From Trichomonas gallinae (Eukaryota), in contig MRSU01002409.1 in the NCBI GenBank assembly GCA_008369845.1, forward strand, positions 1 through 38,951: 38,951 nt of DNA. Direction: 5' to 3'. Position numbers and translations under genes: made by a program. Below the pieces are notes generated by a model. It made no database searches and was not told the origin of the DNA. It was given only the letters and a program-made list of their open reading frames with translations. Below, in pieces: positions 22,036 through 31,514 of this stretch (position 1 is its first letter; every line of letters begins with the position of its first letter).

Positions 22036-22474
22036 AAGTTGTTATTTACATATAGATCTACTTATTTTTTTAATAAAAGCATCAAAAATTTCTGGCATAT
22101 ATTTTTTCGTTCTAAATCATTCATATATGGAATGTTGATGACAATACTAGAATATTTTTCATTAAAACTTTTCATGATTTTTAATAATAAAAAATATAAT
22201 ATTTGTCATTTTTAAACTATACAATATATCATTTACTAGACCACGATCTTCTCATTTCCAATCTTCTTTCTTTTCAATTTAGTGATTAAATCAATATAAT
22301 TAAACAAAACATAACAATAGCTTTTGTATCATCATATATTGGAATTTTGCTTTGATATATCAGGATTTCGTTGAAAATTTGAGACGATCGAAAAATTATT
22401 AAAATGATAATTAAAAAAACATAACAATACAACATTGTAGATCGAAAACTAAGCTTGCATAAGCAAGTTGAAGC

Positions 22475-22993
22475 TTATTGATTCAAGAATTGATTGTAAA
22501 CACTTATTTCTGCCTCTAATCTCAATTTATGAGCATGATCTTGCGGAGATAAGATTGGCTTCTTTGTGTACTTCATAAGTTCCTTCTCTGCATCTTTCTT
22601 TCTATTTGTAATAATATCGAAGTTTAATTGCTGATCGGGATGACAAGGCGGCGGCTTTGAAAACATCTTCTTTTTCTGAGGTGGCTTTGTAATAACATCG
22701 TATGGTTCGAATTCCGAGCCTAATCTGCATTTTCTGTTTGTCACATAAAAAGGCTGAACGTGGAGAGCTTTGAGATTAAGAGATTCGACAAACTCTTTGA
22801 ATTCACTAGATTTTGCTTCATGTAATTTGTCAACAAGTTTATTCCTTGTTTCAATTAATTTGGAGATCTCTTCTAATTTCTGCATATCAGTCGTATCCTT
22901 CTTATTGCGTGCTTCTATGATCAAAGCGTCGATGGATGAAAGCTGTGCAATGGCATCATCAGCAGATATCACGTCTAAATCATCCTCCTCCAT
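22475..22993 (-). CDS. Hypothetical protein (172 aa)
   Basis: ATG ORF with coding-like composition, N-terminal coiled coil, and internal repeat-like PYDVIT / NFDIITN. Confidence 0.8.
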   Translation of the reverse strand: MEEDDLDVISADDAIAQLSSIDALIIEARNKKDTTDMQKLEEISKLIETRNKLVDKLHEAKSSEFKEFVESLNLKALHVQPFYVTNRKCRLGSEFEPYDVITKPPQKKKMFSKPPPCHPDQQLNFDIITNRKKDAEKELMKYTKKPILSPQDHAHKLRLEAEISVYNQFLNQ

Positions 22994-23994
22994 GGAATTT
23001 TGACACTATGTCACGTAAATATCAATTTTGACATGTAAAAATTTATTTTGTGATCCCGGTCATATTATGTCAAAAGAGCGAATGTCGAATTTCACGTCTA
23101 TATCATTGATTAGATTACAAAAGAACGTGTGAATGCTTATTTACTCATATAATATAACATATTTATTAAGTATTTTTATCATATATATACCTTGATATAA
23201 TCCTTGAAAATTAGATTAAGGTCACAGGCCTGCTATTATATCTGTATTGTATTCTATTGATGCTATTAACACTATTTATATATCATCGCGTTCGAACACG
23301 TTAAATAAAAAAGATTGAAAGAAAATCGTCAAGAAAAATAAGTCTGAAAGGTATTTGAGTACAACAGTTCAATCGAAATTGCGATAGTTGTAGTGAGTGA
23401 CATGATTGGAATACAAATAACTAATCCTAAAAAGATCGGTAAGTCGCCAAAAAAAAATCGATGAAAAAGGTTATTTTTTTCAAAAGTGCCAAATTTTGAA
23501 TTGTTTACGATAGAAACTATTTCTGAAATATGAACACATTTTTCAATTTATATTATTTTAAGCCAAAAAGAAATATTTTAAATGTCACTTTTCGCCAAAA
23601 AAGAGTTGTTTTTGATTTGATGCTGAAATGGATTCATATTTTTGTTCAATCCAAATCTTTGACATTTGTGGAGTGCCAGAAGAGATAATACATATAAATT
23701 TGGGAAAATTCTTCATCGGGCGAAGTTATAGAGTTTGACTCTATGATTTCTGATGTATGAAGACTACAGTATTGATGTAGAGAGAAAATCGTGAGCAATT
23801 CATCGACTTTCTTTCAAAATTGGAGATTGTTCAAATTTGAATGAAACAACCGCGAATTGAATGGAATTTTTGTGAGCAACTTTTTGATGATGGAAATATG
23901 CTTATTGCATCATATAGCATGGGATTTTGTGGATGGCCAAATTTGAGAGAAATTACAAAAAAATTGTGAGTGAAGCAGAAAAATAGATTTCTGA

Positions 23995-24441
23995 ATGTGC
24001 GCTTCTTCACTCTGCATCAAGACTGTCAGCAATGTTGATGGTGTCAAGAGCATCATCGTTAACCCAAACCATAAGCTTGCTGTTCTCAAGGATTTCAAGA
24101 ATGCAGATTGCAAGCTTTTCTACAAGATGAAGATTGTTGTTGAAGATTTCACATTTAAGGAGTACTCAATGATTGATGGTGATATCATTTACTTTGTTGC
24201 ACCAAAGCCAAATAACAAGCACATTAGAGAACTCGAGAGAGAGAAACTCCGCTTGATGGACTTAAAGCTCAATGCCATCGAAGGATCCAACAGAAGATCA
24301 CAAAAGTTTACCTGCAACAAAATCAACTACATTGATTCTCTCGCAAGATCGATTGAGCAGGATAACTCCTACAAGATTTTGCGCATGATTAAGCAAACTC
24401 ATCCATGCAACACACAATTACCAAGATTTTGGACCAAATAA
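23995..24441 (+). CDS. Ubiquitin-like-domain protein (divergent)
   Basis: The N-terminal ~68 aa follow a Ubl pattern (KLFYKMKIV..D.TFKEYSMIDGDIIYFV), followed by helical EREKLRLMDL and a C-terminal P...LPRFW. There is no terminal diglycine. Confidence 0.7.
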   Translation: MCASSLCIKTVSNVDGVKSIIVNPNHKLAVLKDFKNADCKLFYKMKIVVEDFTFKEYSMIDGDIIYFVAPKPNNKHIRELEREKLRLMDLKLNAIEGSNRRSQKFTCNKINYIDSLARSIEQDNSYKILRMIKQTHPCNTQLPRFWTK

Positions 24442-24901
24442 TTTCCATGTATTCCAATATTTTTTGTTTGTTTTTAATAAATTTTGTTTGTAATATAGTA
24501 TGTATTAAAATATAAATGTTCTTTCAACCATATCAACCTAAAAATCATAAATATAACTTCATCTAAGCTGATTCTACAGTTTTCGAAAATTTAATTAAAA
24601 CTGAATTACGAATGGAAATGCATAGATTCCGAGTTATAATTAGAATGCACTGCATGAAAAATATATTATCATGAAGGAATAATGAGTGAACAATAAATAT
24701 TAAGGAACCAACCGAATTAAACCTGATTCAAGGAATATATATATTGCGAATCACCAAAAACCTAAATTAATACATTCATAACGGAATAATAGTAACAAGA
24801 ACTAATCAATATAACCAAAATTGGTCAACTTGAAATTAAACGAAAATTGGAAAACTGTCATGTAAACAAAAATGTAAACATTTTCTGACATGTAAATAAA
24901 A

Positions 24902-25702
24902 ATGTCAAAAAATATGGATGAGAATAATTACATTCCTGCGAAATCACTTGAAGAAGCAGAACGTCTGTTTAATGAAGCATTAGACGCTGAAGACTTCGAG
25001 AGAGCAGGATTTTATCAAGATGAAATAGATGAATTCAAAAATTTTAACGAAGTTCTCGAAAATGCGAAAAATGTCCATACATATATAGAAGATACTAATG
25101 CAATAGATAACCAGATGACAATTATGCAGAGTAAAGTAGAAGAAAACTTACAGAAAACAAGAGATGGAATAATCAACAGATATAACAAGAAATTCTTAGA
25201 AATTAAAGCGAGACAGAAACAGGAACTTATAGATTTACTCAATCAATGGACAAATGAACGCGAAAAATTCACAAATAATAACCTTGAAGAATATAAACGT
25301 ACAATCGAAACCGCAAAGATACTTGTTAGACAGTCGAAACTAAAAGAGGCTATCATAATGCGTGATAAAGCGCGCGAATTAAAGAATCGTGCTGACACGT
25401 CAGAGAAAGATATATTTGATCAGAAATATGAAAAGTTGTGTCTTGCTTTGGAAGTGAGACATCGCGCTGAGCTGGATCAGTTCATGGAACTTAGGAAAGA
25501 AGACCTCCAAAAGATCGACCTGATGATAGACAATGCATATGTCGAGAAAGACAGACGGTTCATGCTCGAAAATTCGACAGCAGTAATAAATGCTGCTGGC
25601 AAATATACTACCGTTAATCCTGTCCCTCAATCTCTTAATATGCAAACAGTTAATTATCAAAAAGATATGATCTACATTTCCAAGCCCCAAAATAGTCCTT
25701 GA
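24902..25702 (+). CDS. Coiled-coil protein with UVR (UvrB/C)-like motif
   Basis: LEEAERLFNEALDAEDFERAGFYQDEI near the N-terminus; the rest is helical and charged. Confidence 0.85.
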   Translation: MSKNMDENNYIPAKSLEEAERLFNEALDAEDFERAGFYQDEIDEFKNFNEVLENAKNVHTYIEDTNAIDNQMTIMQSKVEENLQKTRDGIINRYNKKFLEIKARQKQELIDLLNQWTNEREKFTNNNLEEYKRTIETAKILVRQSKLKEAIIMRDKARELKNRADTSEKDIFDQKYEKLCLALEVRHRAELDQFMELRKEDLQKIDLMIDNAYVEKDRRFMLENSTAVINAAGKYTTVNPVPQSLNMQTVNYQKDMIYISKPQNSP

Positions 25703-25779
25703 GATCTTCTATAGACTCCATCTTTCATGTTATTTTATTGTCTTTCTGTTTAATAAAATTTGTTTGAAAACTACGTCCT

Positions 25780-26130
25780 TGAAAATCCGAATTTTTAGCA
25801 TTACAATAGACAGCGGATATAATATTGATGGATTCTCATCGATATCAATATCTCCATTTATGATCAGAACCCGAGTTTTTTATAAAATCGCATAAAAAAT
25901 GATAAAAAAATTAATCCGAAAATGTCGTTTGTAATTCAAACAAGGCTTTGAGCCGGCGCTTTATTTAGATTACCTATGGTTAACTAAAGCTATTTTCCAC
26001 GAGGATGACGAAAAAAGGAAAAACATGAGAATAAGGGAATTCGATATCAGTGACATTGGAAGCTCGAGTAACGAAAGATGTAGTGTATTTAATGGTATAA
26101 AAACAGTGTATTTATTAATTTATGGATAGA
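25780..26130 (+). pseudogene. Possible BspA-like LRR remnant
   Basis: Fragments GYNIDGFSSISISPF and DISDIGSSSNERCSVFNGIKTVY, interrupted by stops. Confidence 0.3.
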
Positions 26131-26192
26131 ATTATAAAAAAACATAAATATACGAAGAGTATAAACAACCGAACCAAACAGTGCTTACCTCA

Positions 26193-26972
26193 TTAGTATA
26201 TTTGAGACTGAGTGAAAGGAACGAAGTCCATCGAAGCGTCCTTTGAAGCTGTGATTGACGGCAACGTGGCTGATGCTGCGTCTGCGAAAATCGACCATGT
26301 ATCAATCGTCTGAGAGTTGCATCTGGTTAAGAGACGTGGTGGACGTACTAATCTCTTCTGAGAGAGCATCTCCTTCATAAAGAAAGAATGACTCTTCCTC
26401 AGCTCGCCATTATTCACATATGTTTCATCGCGCATTGGTATATATTTGCCATAGCACAAATCTGGCATCATGTCGTAGAATTGGCGATATCCGCCTTCAA
26501 GTAAATAGATGTCTGGGAAAGAAAGATTAGGGTAGTCATTATGATGTCTATCATACTCGCGGAACAATCTCAATAAAGTTGGTCCACGATTCTGAGAGAA
26601 CTCACAATGAAAAACGATACAGTAATGTTTGTTTCTGTAACGATCGTAAATACCGTATAATTGGGCTTTGGACCTTACGTTCCTTGCACCAATGATATGC
26701 CCGCCCCTGAATTCGTATTCGAATCTGGCGTCGATAATGATAACCTGCTCAAACCCACCAGAGTGAGGGTCAGCAATTAATTCGGCAAGTTGCTGTGGTG
26801 TCACAGTCTTGCAGGGTGACGATCCCATTGTCATTCCAAAATCGCATGAATCTGATGGTGCTATAGCCATTGGCGAAGGAGACAGAGAAACAAAATCGCT
26901 ATCCGAGCACTCAGAGAAGTCTGGCAAAGGGATTCCGGTATCAATGACCTGCGAGGAACACCGAGCTAGCAT
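26193..26972 (-). CDS. cdc25: Cdc25-type (rhodanese-fold) dual-specificity phosphatase
   Basis: IIDARFEYEFRGGHIIGA, VFHCEFSQNRGP (HCX5R active site) and PDIYLLEGGY..F. The N-terminus is short and rich in SP/TP sites. Confidence 0.92.
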   Translation of the reverse strand: MLARCSSQVIDTGIPLPDFSECSDSDFVSLSPSPMAIAPSDSCDFGMTMGSSPCKTVTPQQLAELIADPHSGGFEQVIIIDARFEYEFRGGHIIGARNVRSKAQLYGIYDRYRNKHYCIVFHCEFSQNRGPTLLRLFREYDRHHNDYPNLSFPDIYLLEGGYRQFYDMMPDLCYGKYIPMRDETYVNNGELRKSHSFFMKEMLSQKRLVRPPRLLTRCNSQTIDTWSIFADAASATLPSITASKDASMDFVPFTQSQIY

Positions 26973-27194
26973 ATCTTGATCTCGAATAAACGCAAAATAT
27001 CCGTTTCACATTGACCACCCTCACAAAACACACAATTTATTTGTAAAGAATCGACGGTTTTTCCTCAAATATGTCTTTCAAAATATATGTAAACTTATCA
27101 AAATTATTATCAGTTCACATTTAGCTACTAATTCGTGAAATAGTCCTTTTTATAGCTCACAAGGCCATTTTTCTCGATAAAATCAAATAAATCT

Positions 27195-27715
27195 CATTGT
27201 CTGAATAAAATGCACGTTTCAAATTTAGGATTCCGCCACCCATTAAAGACAGATAAAATTAAGCTTGTACACCGCAATCTGCCATTTACAAGTAGCTCAA
27301 ATCTATCAAAATAATCAGTATTAACAGATTCTGAAATTCTTCGATTTTCAGAACAGAAAAACATTAGCTTTTCATAGTACATTTGGCTTAAACATAGCCC
27401 ATGTGATTTCCCCGATTTCATCGTTTGGCAAATAAACTGCTTTTTTTTTCTCTTCTTTTGCAAATCGACCAACATTCACTGAAAGCCGCTTTTACGAGAA
27501 TTTAATAACCAATATAATATCTCTTGCATGTCTAGATTCCCAGGTTATTGTTTTCGTCGCATTCTTCCTTTGAAATCGATTAATCGAATCAAATATTACA
27601 TTATTATACCGGAAAATCAAGTTATTAAGCTACGTATACCCTCATATATGCTAGTTGCACTATCGAATCATATAAAAAATTGGTCTGATCTTTTTCAATT
27701 TTTATACAATATTAT
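27195..27715 (+). pseudogene. Degenerate BspA-like (TpLRR) remnant
   Basis: Plus-strand fragments FTSSSNLSK, ISSFGK*, SRFPGYCFRRILPLKSI, IIIPE and IPSYM resemble the I.IP..V..I..YCF..C..LKSI repeat. Confidence 0.35.
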
Positions 27716-27719
27716 CTAC

Positions 27720-28790
27720 CACAAGCTATAATTAAGATGGCGTATTAATTCAAATTTATTTTCAAAACTGATGTAAACATTATAAAATTCTAAACGTACA
27801 GTACCTTTCAATAATGTTATTGCAATTTTATGAGTAGAACGTAAAACAGTTTTCATCCTCAATATACTTTTGTCATCACATTCATATATATTCCACGAAT
27901 TTAATGCTAAACCTAAGTTTTGCTTTTTGAAATCCATTTCAGTAAAGGTATCATCGAGGTTAATTCATGTATTTGATCTAGACTATCCGTTATCCAGATG
28001 ATTAACATAACAAAAACTCATAGAAATGATTTACCGACAATAGTTTTGAAATTGAATGGATATTTAACAAAAAAACAAATCAAGAATCACTCAGAAAGGT
28101 ATCATATGTAATATATCATCAATAAATTGATATGCCATTGCTTTTTATTTCAACAATTTTTTTCCATGAGGCAGGGAATCTCTGGTTTCCACTAATCAGT
28201 TAATAATATCAATAGTCGTTCATATTTTCAGTCTGATTTAGTTTTGCAAGATTAGTTCCAGGAATTCATCTGACCATCGTGGAAAAGTTGAATCTTGATG
28301 ATAAATAACTAATTTACATATATCTAAGCAGAAACACCGCAATGACTTACGATATCTAAATCCACCTCTCTGCAAATCGAAGAAATTATGATTAACTTAT
28401 GACACTCATTAATTGAGCTAAGGACATCATGACTATGCTATTTTCATCAGCTGATATAATCTGAAATAATTCCTGATTTTGAAATTCGATGCAAATATGA
28501 ATATATGATTTCAGATCAAGATATGCATAAATGGTTCCATGTATTGGCTGTTCCAATCATTTATGGCCAGCTAAAATCACTATTAGATTCAGGAATTTGT
28601 TTATTATTAATATTATGTTATTGCTACATTGTAATATGCTCGTTCATCAATTATATGGCATTTTCAAATGCAGTTGTTTGTAGTATATAACTTATATATT
28701 TAAGTTATTTTCATATCTATGATTTAAGGAATTTTTTACATACCAATAGCAAATTTATGCATAAAGCAATGATGTTATAACAATTAACAG
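27720..28790 (-). pseudogene. Degenerate ankyrin-repeat remnant
   Basis: Minus-strand fragments QPIHG, HICIEFQNQELFQII, NHLDNG and GIYMNVMTKVY*G*K/TVL, with many stops and frameshifts. Confidence 0.4.
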
Positions 28791-28915
28791 TCTTAATTTC
28801 ATATAATAATATTTTTTTCATCAAATTTTAAAATTGGACATTTTATTCATGACCAATATAATTAAAACTTAAAGAACAATAACTTTTGTTATAATTCAAA
28901 ATTCATTTCTTATCA

Positions 28916-31012
28916 ATGGATTCGGCGCAAAATGCTGATCCAGAAAACTTTGTTGATCATGGAGATCCTTATTATAAAAAGATAAAGAAACTGATAATGT
29001 ATCGAACATGCTATAAAAATCTCGAAGAAAAGCTTCTGAAAGCAGAAAGCGAAATATTTCGTCTCAAATCTCATCAATATGACGAATTTAACAAGCTTAA
29101 ACAAGATTATGAGCTCCTAACACAAGAAAATATAAAGCTAAGGCAACAATTATCGAATAATTCAAATAACGAACTTTCAAATAAATCATCTTCGCCTCAA
29201 AGCAAATACGAAGAAATGTATAAATCGATAGAAGAATCAGTTGAAACCAACGCTGATTCTTCTTCCAATGATGAAGAAAATAACGATTTTAAATCTATGT
29301 ATTTAGATCTTCAAAACAAGTTTTTTGAGTTAAATGAAGAGTTTACAAATCTTTCTGCCCAGTTTGTTGATGTTACAAACATTTTAAAGCAATCAAATGA
29401 AACAAATGATCGATTGTCTGCTCAATTAGAGCAACATGATAATCAAATTGCAGACTTAAAACGAGAATTAGCAGATAAAAAGCGCGAAGTTAAAATATTA
29501 AAAAGTTTCCAAAAAGATGATCAAATTACTTTAGCAGAAATCGATTTAATCAAATCAAAAAATATAGAATTAAACAAAGCTCTACTTGAACTTGCAGCAA
29601 AAGCAGAAGGTGAAGCAAAACTACACGAAGGTGTTACAAAAAACTTCAACAAAATAATCAAAGAATTAAAACATGAAAATTTGACATTGCAACAAAAAGT
29701 AGAAATTTCCGAGCGAAAGCTTCAACATTACATCGAGCTAAGTGATGAAATAAAGTCAGATAACGCTAGACTTTCAGGCCAGCTATCGCAATTACTCGCA
29801 GAGAAGCAACAAACTGTTTTCCAAGTCGTTTTCGAGAAAGATAAAAAATCTTTGAAAAATTTATATGAAGAAAATTCGACTTTAAACAAAACCGTGCAAA
29901 ATCTAACGAAAGAGAAATCCAAGATGTTTAATGACATAAGGACCTTGATTCTTTCACAGTTCAGGAACATAGATTTCGACATGAATTGGGACGAATTAGT
30001 TGAGTTTCTTATATCGAAACTCAACGACTTAAAGTTAATTTCATCGGACAGAGATTTATTATTCGAAAGGTTTGCAAAAACAAACAAAGAAACTTCAGCG
30101 ATAGAACACAGTTTCAATGCCTACAAAGAGACTTTAGACTCACAACTCGCACACAAAGAGCAGCTTTTGCAGTCCGCAAACCAAAAATTGGAAGAATACG
30201 CGTTAAACAAACCAACCAGAGATTTTCACATGAAAGTTTCATGCATTACAACACAACATTATAGAAATTTAAATACACGCGTTGAGAAGCTACTGAACAT
30301 CATTGATGGAAAAGGACAAAATGAAATTTCATTGCATACAGTAATAATTTTCTCGGTCGCTATCAACAGGATTAAAAACAAAACAAAAAACCAAATTGAT
30401 CCAATGATGATTTTAACATTTGTTTCTCCACCAACAAGGTATAACATTCTAGACAGGATTGATAGTTGTATAGAAGAAGTGAGAAAGAATGATTCTCTTG
30501 TTAAAGAAACAGTCAACGAGTTCATCAATCAAAATAAACACAATGAAAAAACAATCGAAGAAATTTCATCGAATGCAAAAGCTTACAAAGACGAAATTTC
30601 AAACTACGTGAAAAAAATTGCTGTGCTGGAGAAAGAGAATGAAAGCATGGTTCCCAAAACAGATTATGATGTCGTCAATGATAGGTATGAAAGAGAGAAG
30701 GCAAAGAATCAGCAGATTTTCGCCTTCAGTGAAAAACAACATCTAAGGTTTAAAGATCTCAAATCCAAATACAACGAAGTCAGGCACAAAAAGAATGAAT
30801 TACAAAATCATTTGACTAAATTATCATCACAAACTAATCAAATACAGGAGAATGTTCCAGTTAAATCTAAAACAAAACACCAGAAAAAATTCTTCTTGAA
30901 TGAAAAACCTCAGAGCAACATTGACTTGCGATCGATGACAACAATGAGCGTCAATGATTTCAAGTCTGATCTTCAATCAATGAAAAAGTCAATTTCATCA
31001 CCAACAAAATAA
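28916..31012 (+). CDS. Long coiled-coil protein (hypothetical)
   Basis: 698-aa heptad-rich ORF with a short hydrophobic ISLHTVIIFSVAINR segment. Inr TCATTT at 28903-28908. Confidence 0.88.
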   Translation: MDSAQNADPENFVDHGDPYYKKIKKLIMYRTCYKNLEEKLLKAESEIFRLKSHQYDEFNKLKQDYELLTQENIKLRQQLSNNSNNELSNKSSSPQSKYEEMYKSIEESVETNADSSSNDEENNDFKSMYLDLQNKFFELNEEFTNLSAQFVDVTNILKQSNETNDRLSAQLEQHDNQIADLKRELADKKREVKILKSFQKDDQITLAEIDLIKSKNIELNKALLELAAKAEGEAKLHEGVTKNFNKIIKELKHENLTLQQKVEISERKLQHYIELSDEIKSDNARLSGQLSQLLAEKQQTVFQVVFEKDKKSLKNLYEENSTLNKTVQNLTKEKSKMFNDIRTLILSQFRNIDFDMNWDELVEFLISKLNDLKLISSDRDLLFERFAKTNKETSAIEHSFNAYKETLDSQLAHKEQLLQSANQKLEEYALNKPTRDFHMKVSCITTQHYRNLNTRVEKLLNIIDGKGQNEISLHTVIIFSVAINRIKNKTKNQIDPMMILTFVSPPTRYNILDRIDSCIEEVRKNDSLVKETVNEFINQNKHNEKTIEEISSNAKAYKDEISNYVKKIAVLEKENESMVPKTDYDVVNDRYEREKAKNQQIFAFSEKQHLRFKDLKSKYNEVRHKKNELQNHLTKLSSQTNQIQENVPVKSKTKHQKKFFLNEKPQSNIDLRSMTTMSVNDFKSDLQSMKKSISSPTK

Positions 31013-31391
31013 TATCCAATCTGATAATATTTATTTGCATTTCCTTGTCTATTTTTTATCATTTTTGGTTAATTCTTGATTCTAGAAAATAGACAGTACC
31101 TGGTGGGGTATAATACGTCTCATGCAGGATTTGAAACGATTTGCCTCAGCCGTTCGTTGTTTCCACACTTTTCTTTGGACAACGTAAATCAATACATGGA
31201 TTCATTCAATAAGAAAAGCCTAAGGATCTTGTAACTTAATGTCGTCAACGATATTTTGGTAATAGTCGAGTTTTCCAATTACGCTCTCATATAAATCCAT
31301 AGGCATGCTAAAACAAAAATAATAAGATGTCATGTAATTTGATAATCTGACATTTTACAAACTGGATAAAATTTATTTGTCAAAACTAGCA

Positions 31392-31460
31392 AAAAGTGAA
31401 TGAAAAGTGACAACTTCGTCAAAAAGTGAAGAAAATGTCAAAAAGTGAAGGAAAAAGTGA
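31392..31460 (+). repeat. Array of five AAAAGTGA motifs (M2-like promoter element)
   Basis: AAAAGTGA at 31392, 31403, 31422, 31441 and 31453. The second copy reads AAAGTGAC exactly. Confidence 0.7.
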
Positions 31461-31514
31461 AGTTGCTCATTCCTCGTGTTTACATCGAGGAGGAAGTAGG
31501 TTCTATTTTCACTA

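Noticed and set aside
23628..23969. In-frame TGA codons suggesting selenocysteine or stop-codon reassignment
   Set aside because: The frame also contains a TAG. Intact genes here end with TAA, TAG and TGA, the stop density is compatible with chance, and no SECIS was recognised.
23884..23994. TGATGA ... CTGA suggesting a box C/D snoRNA
   Set aside because: The C box lacks the 5' purine, there is no terminal stem, and I could not identify an rRNA-complementary guide.
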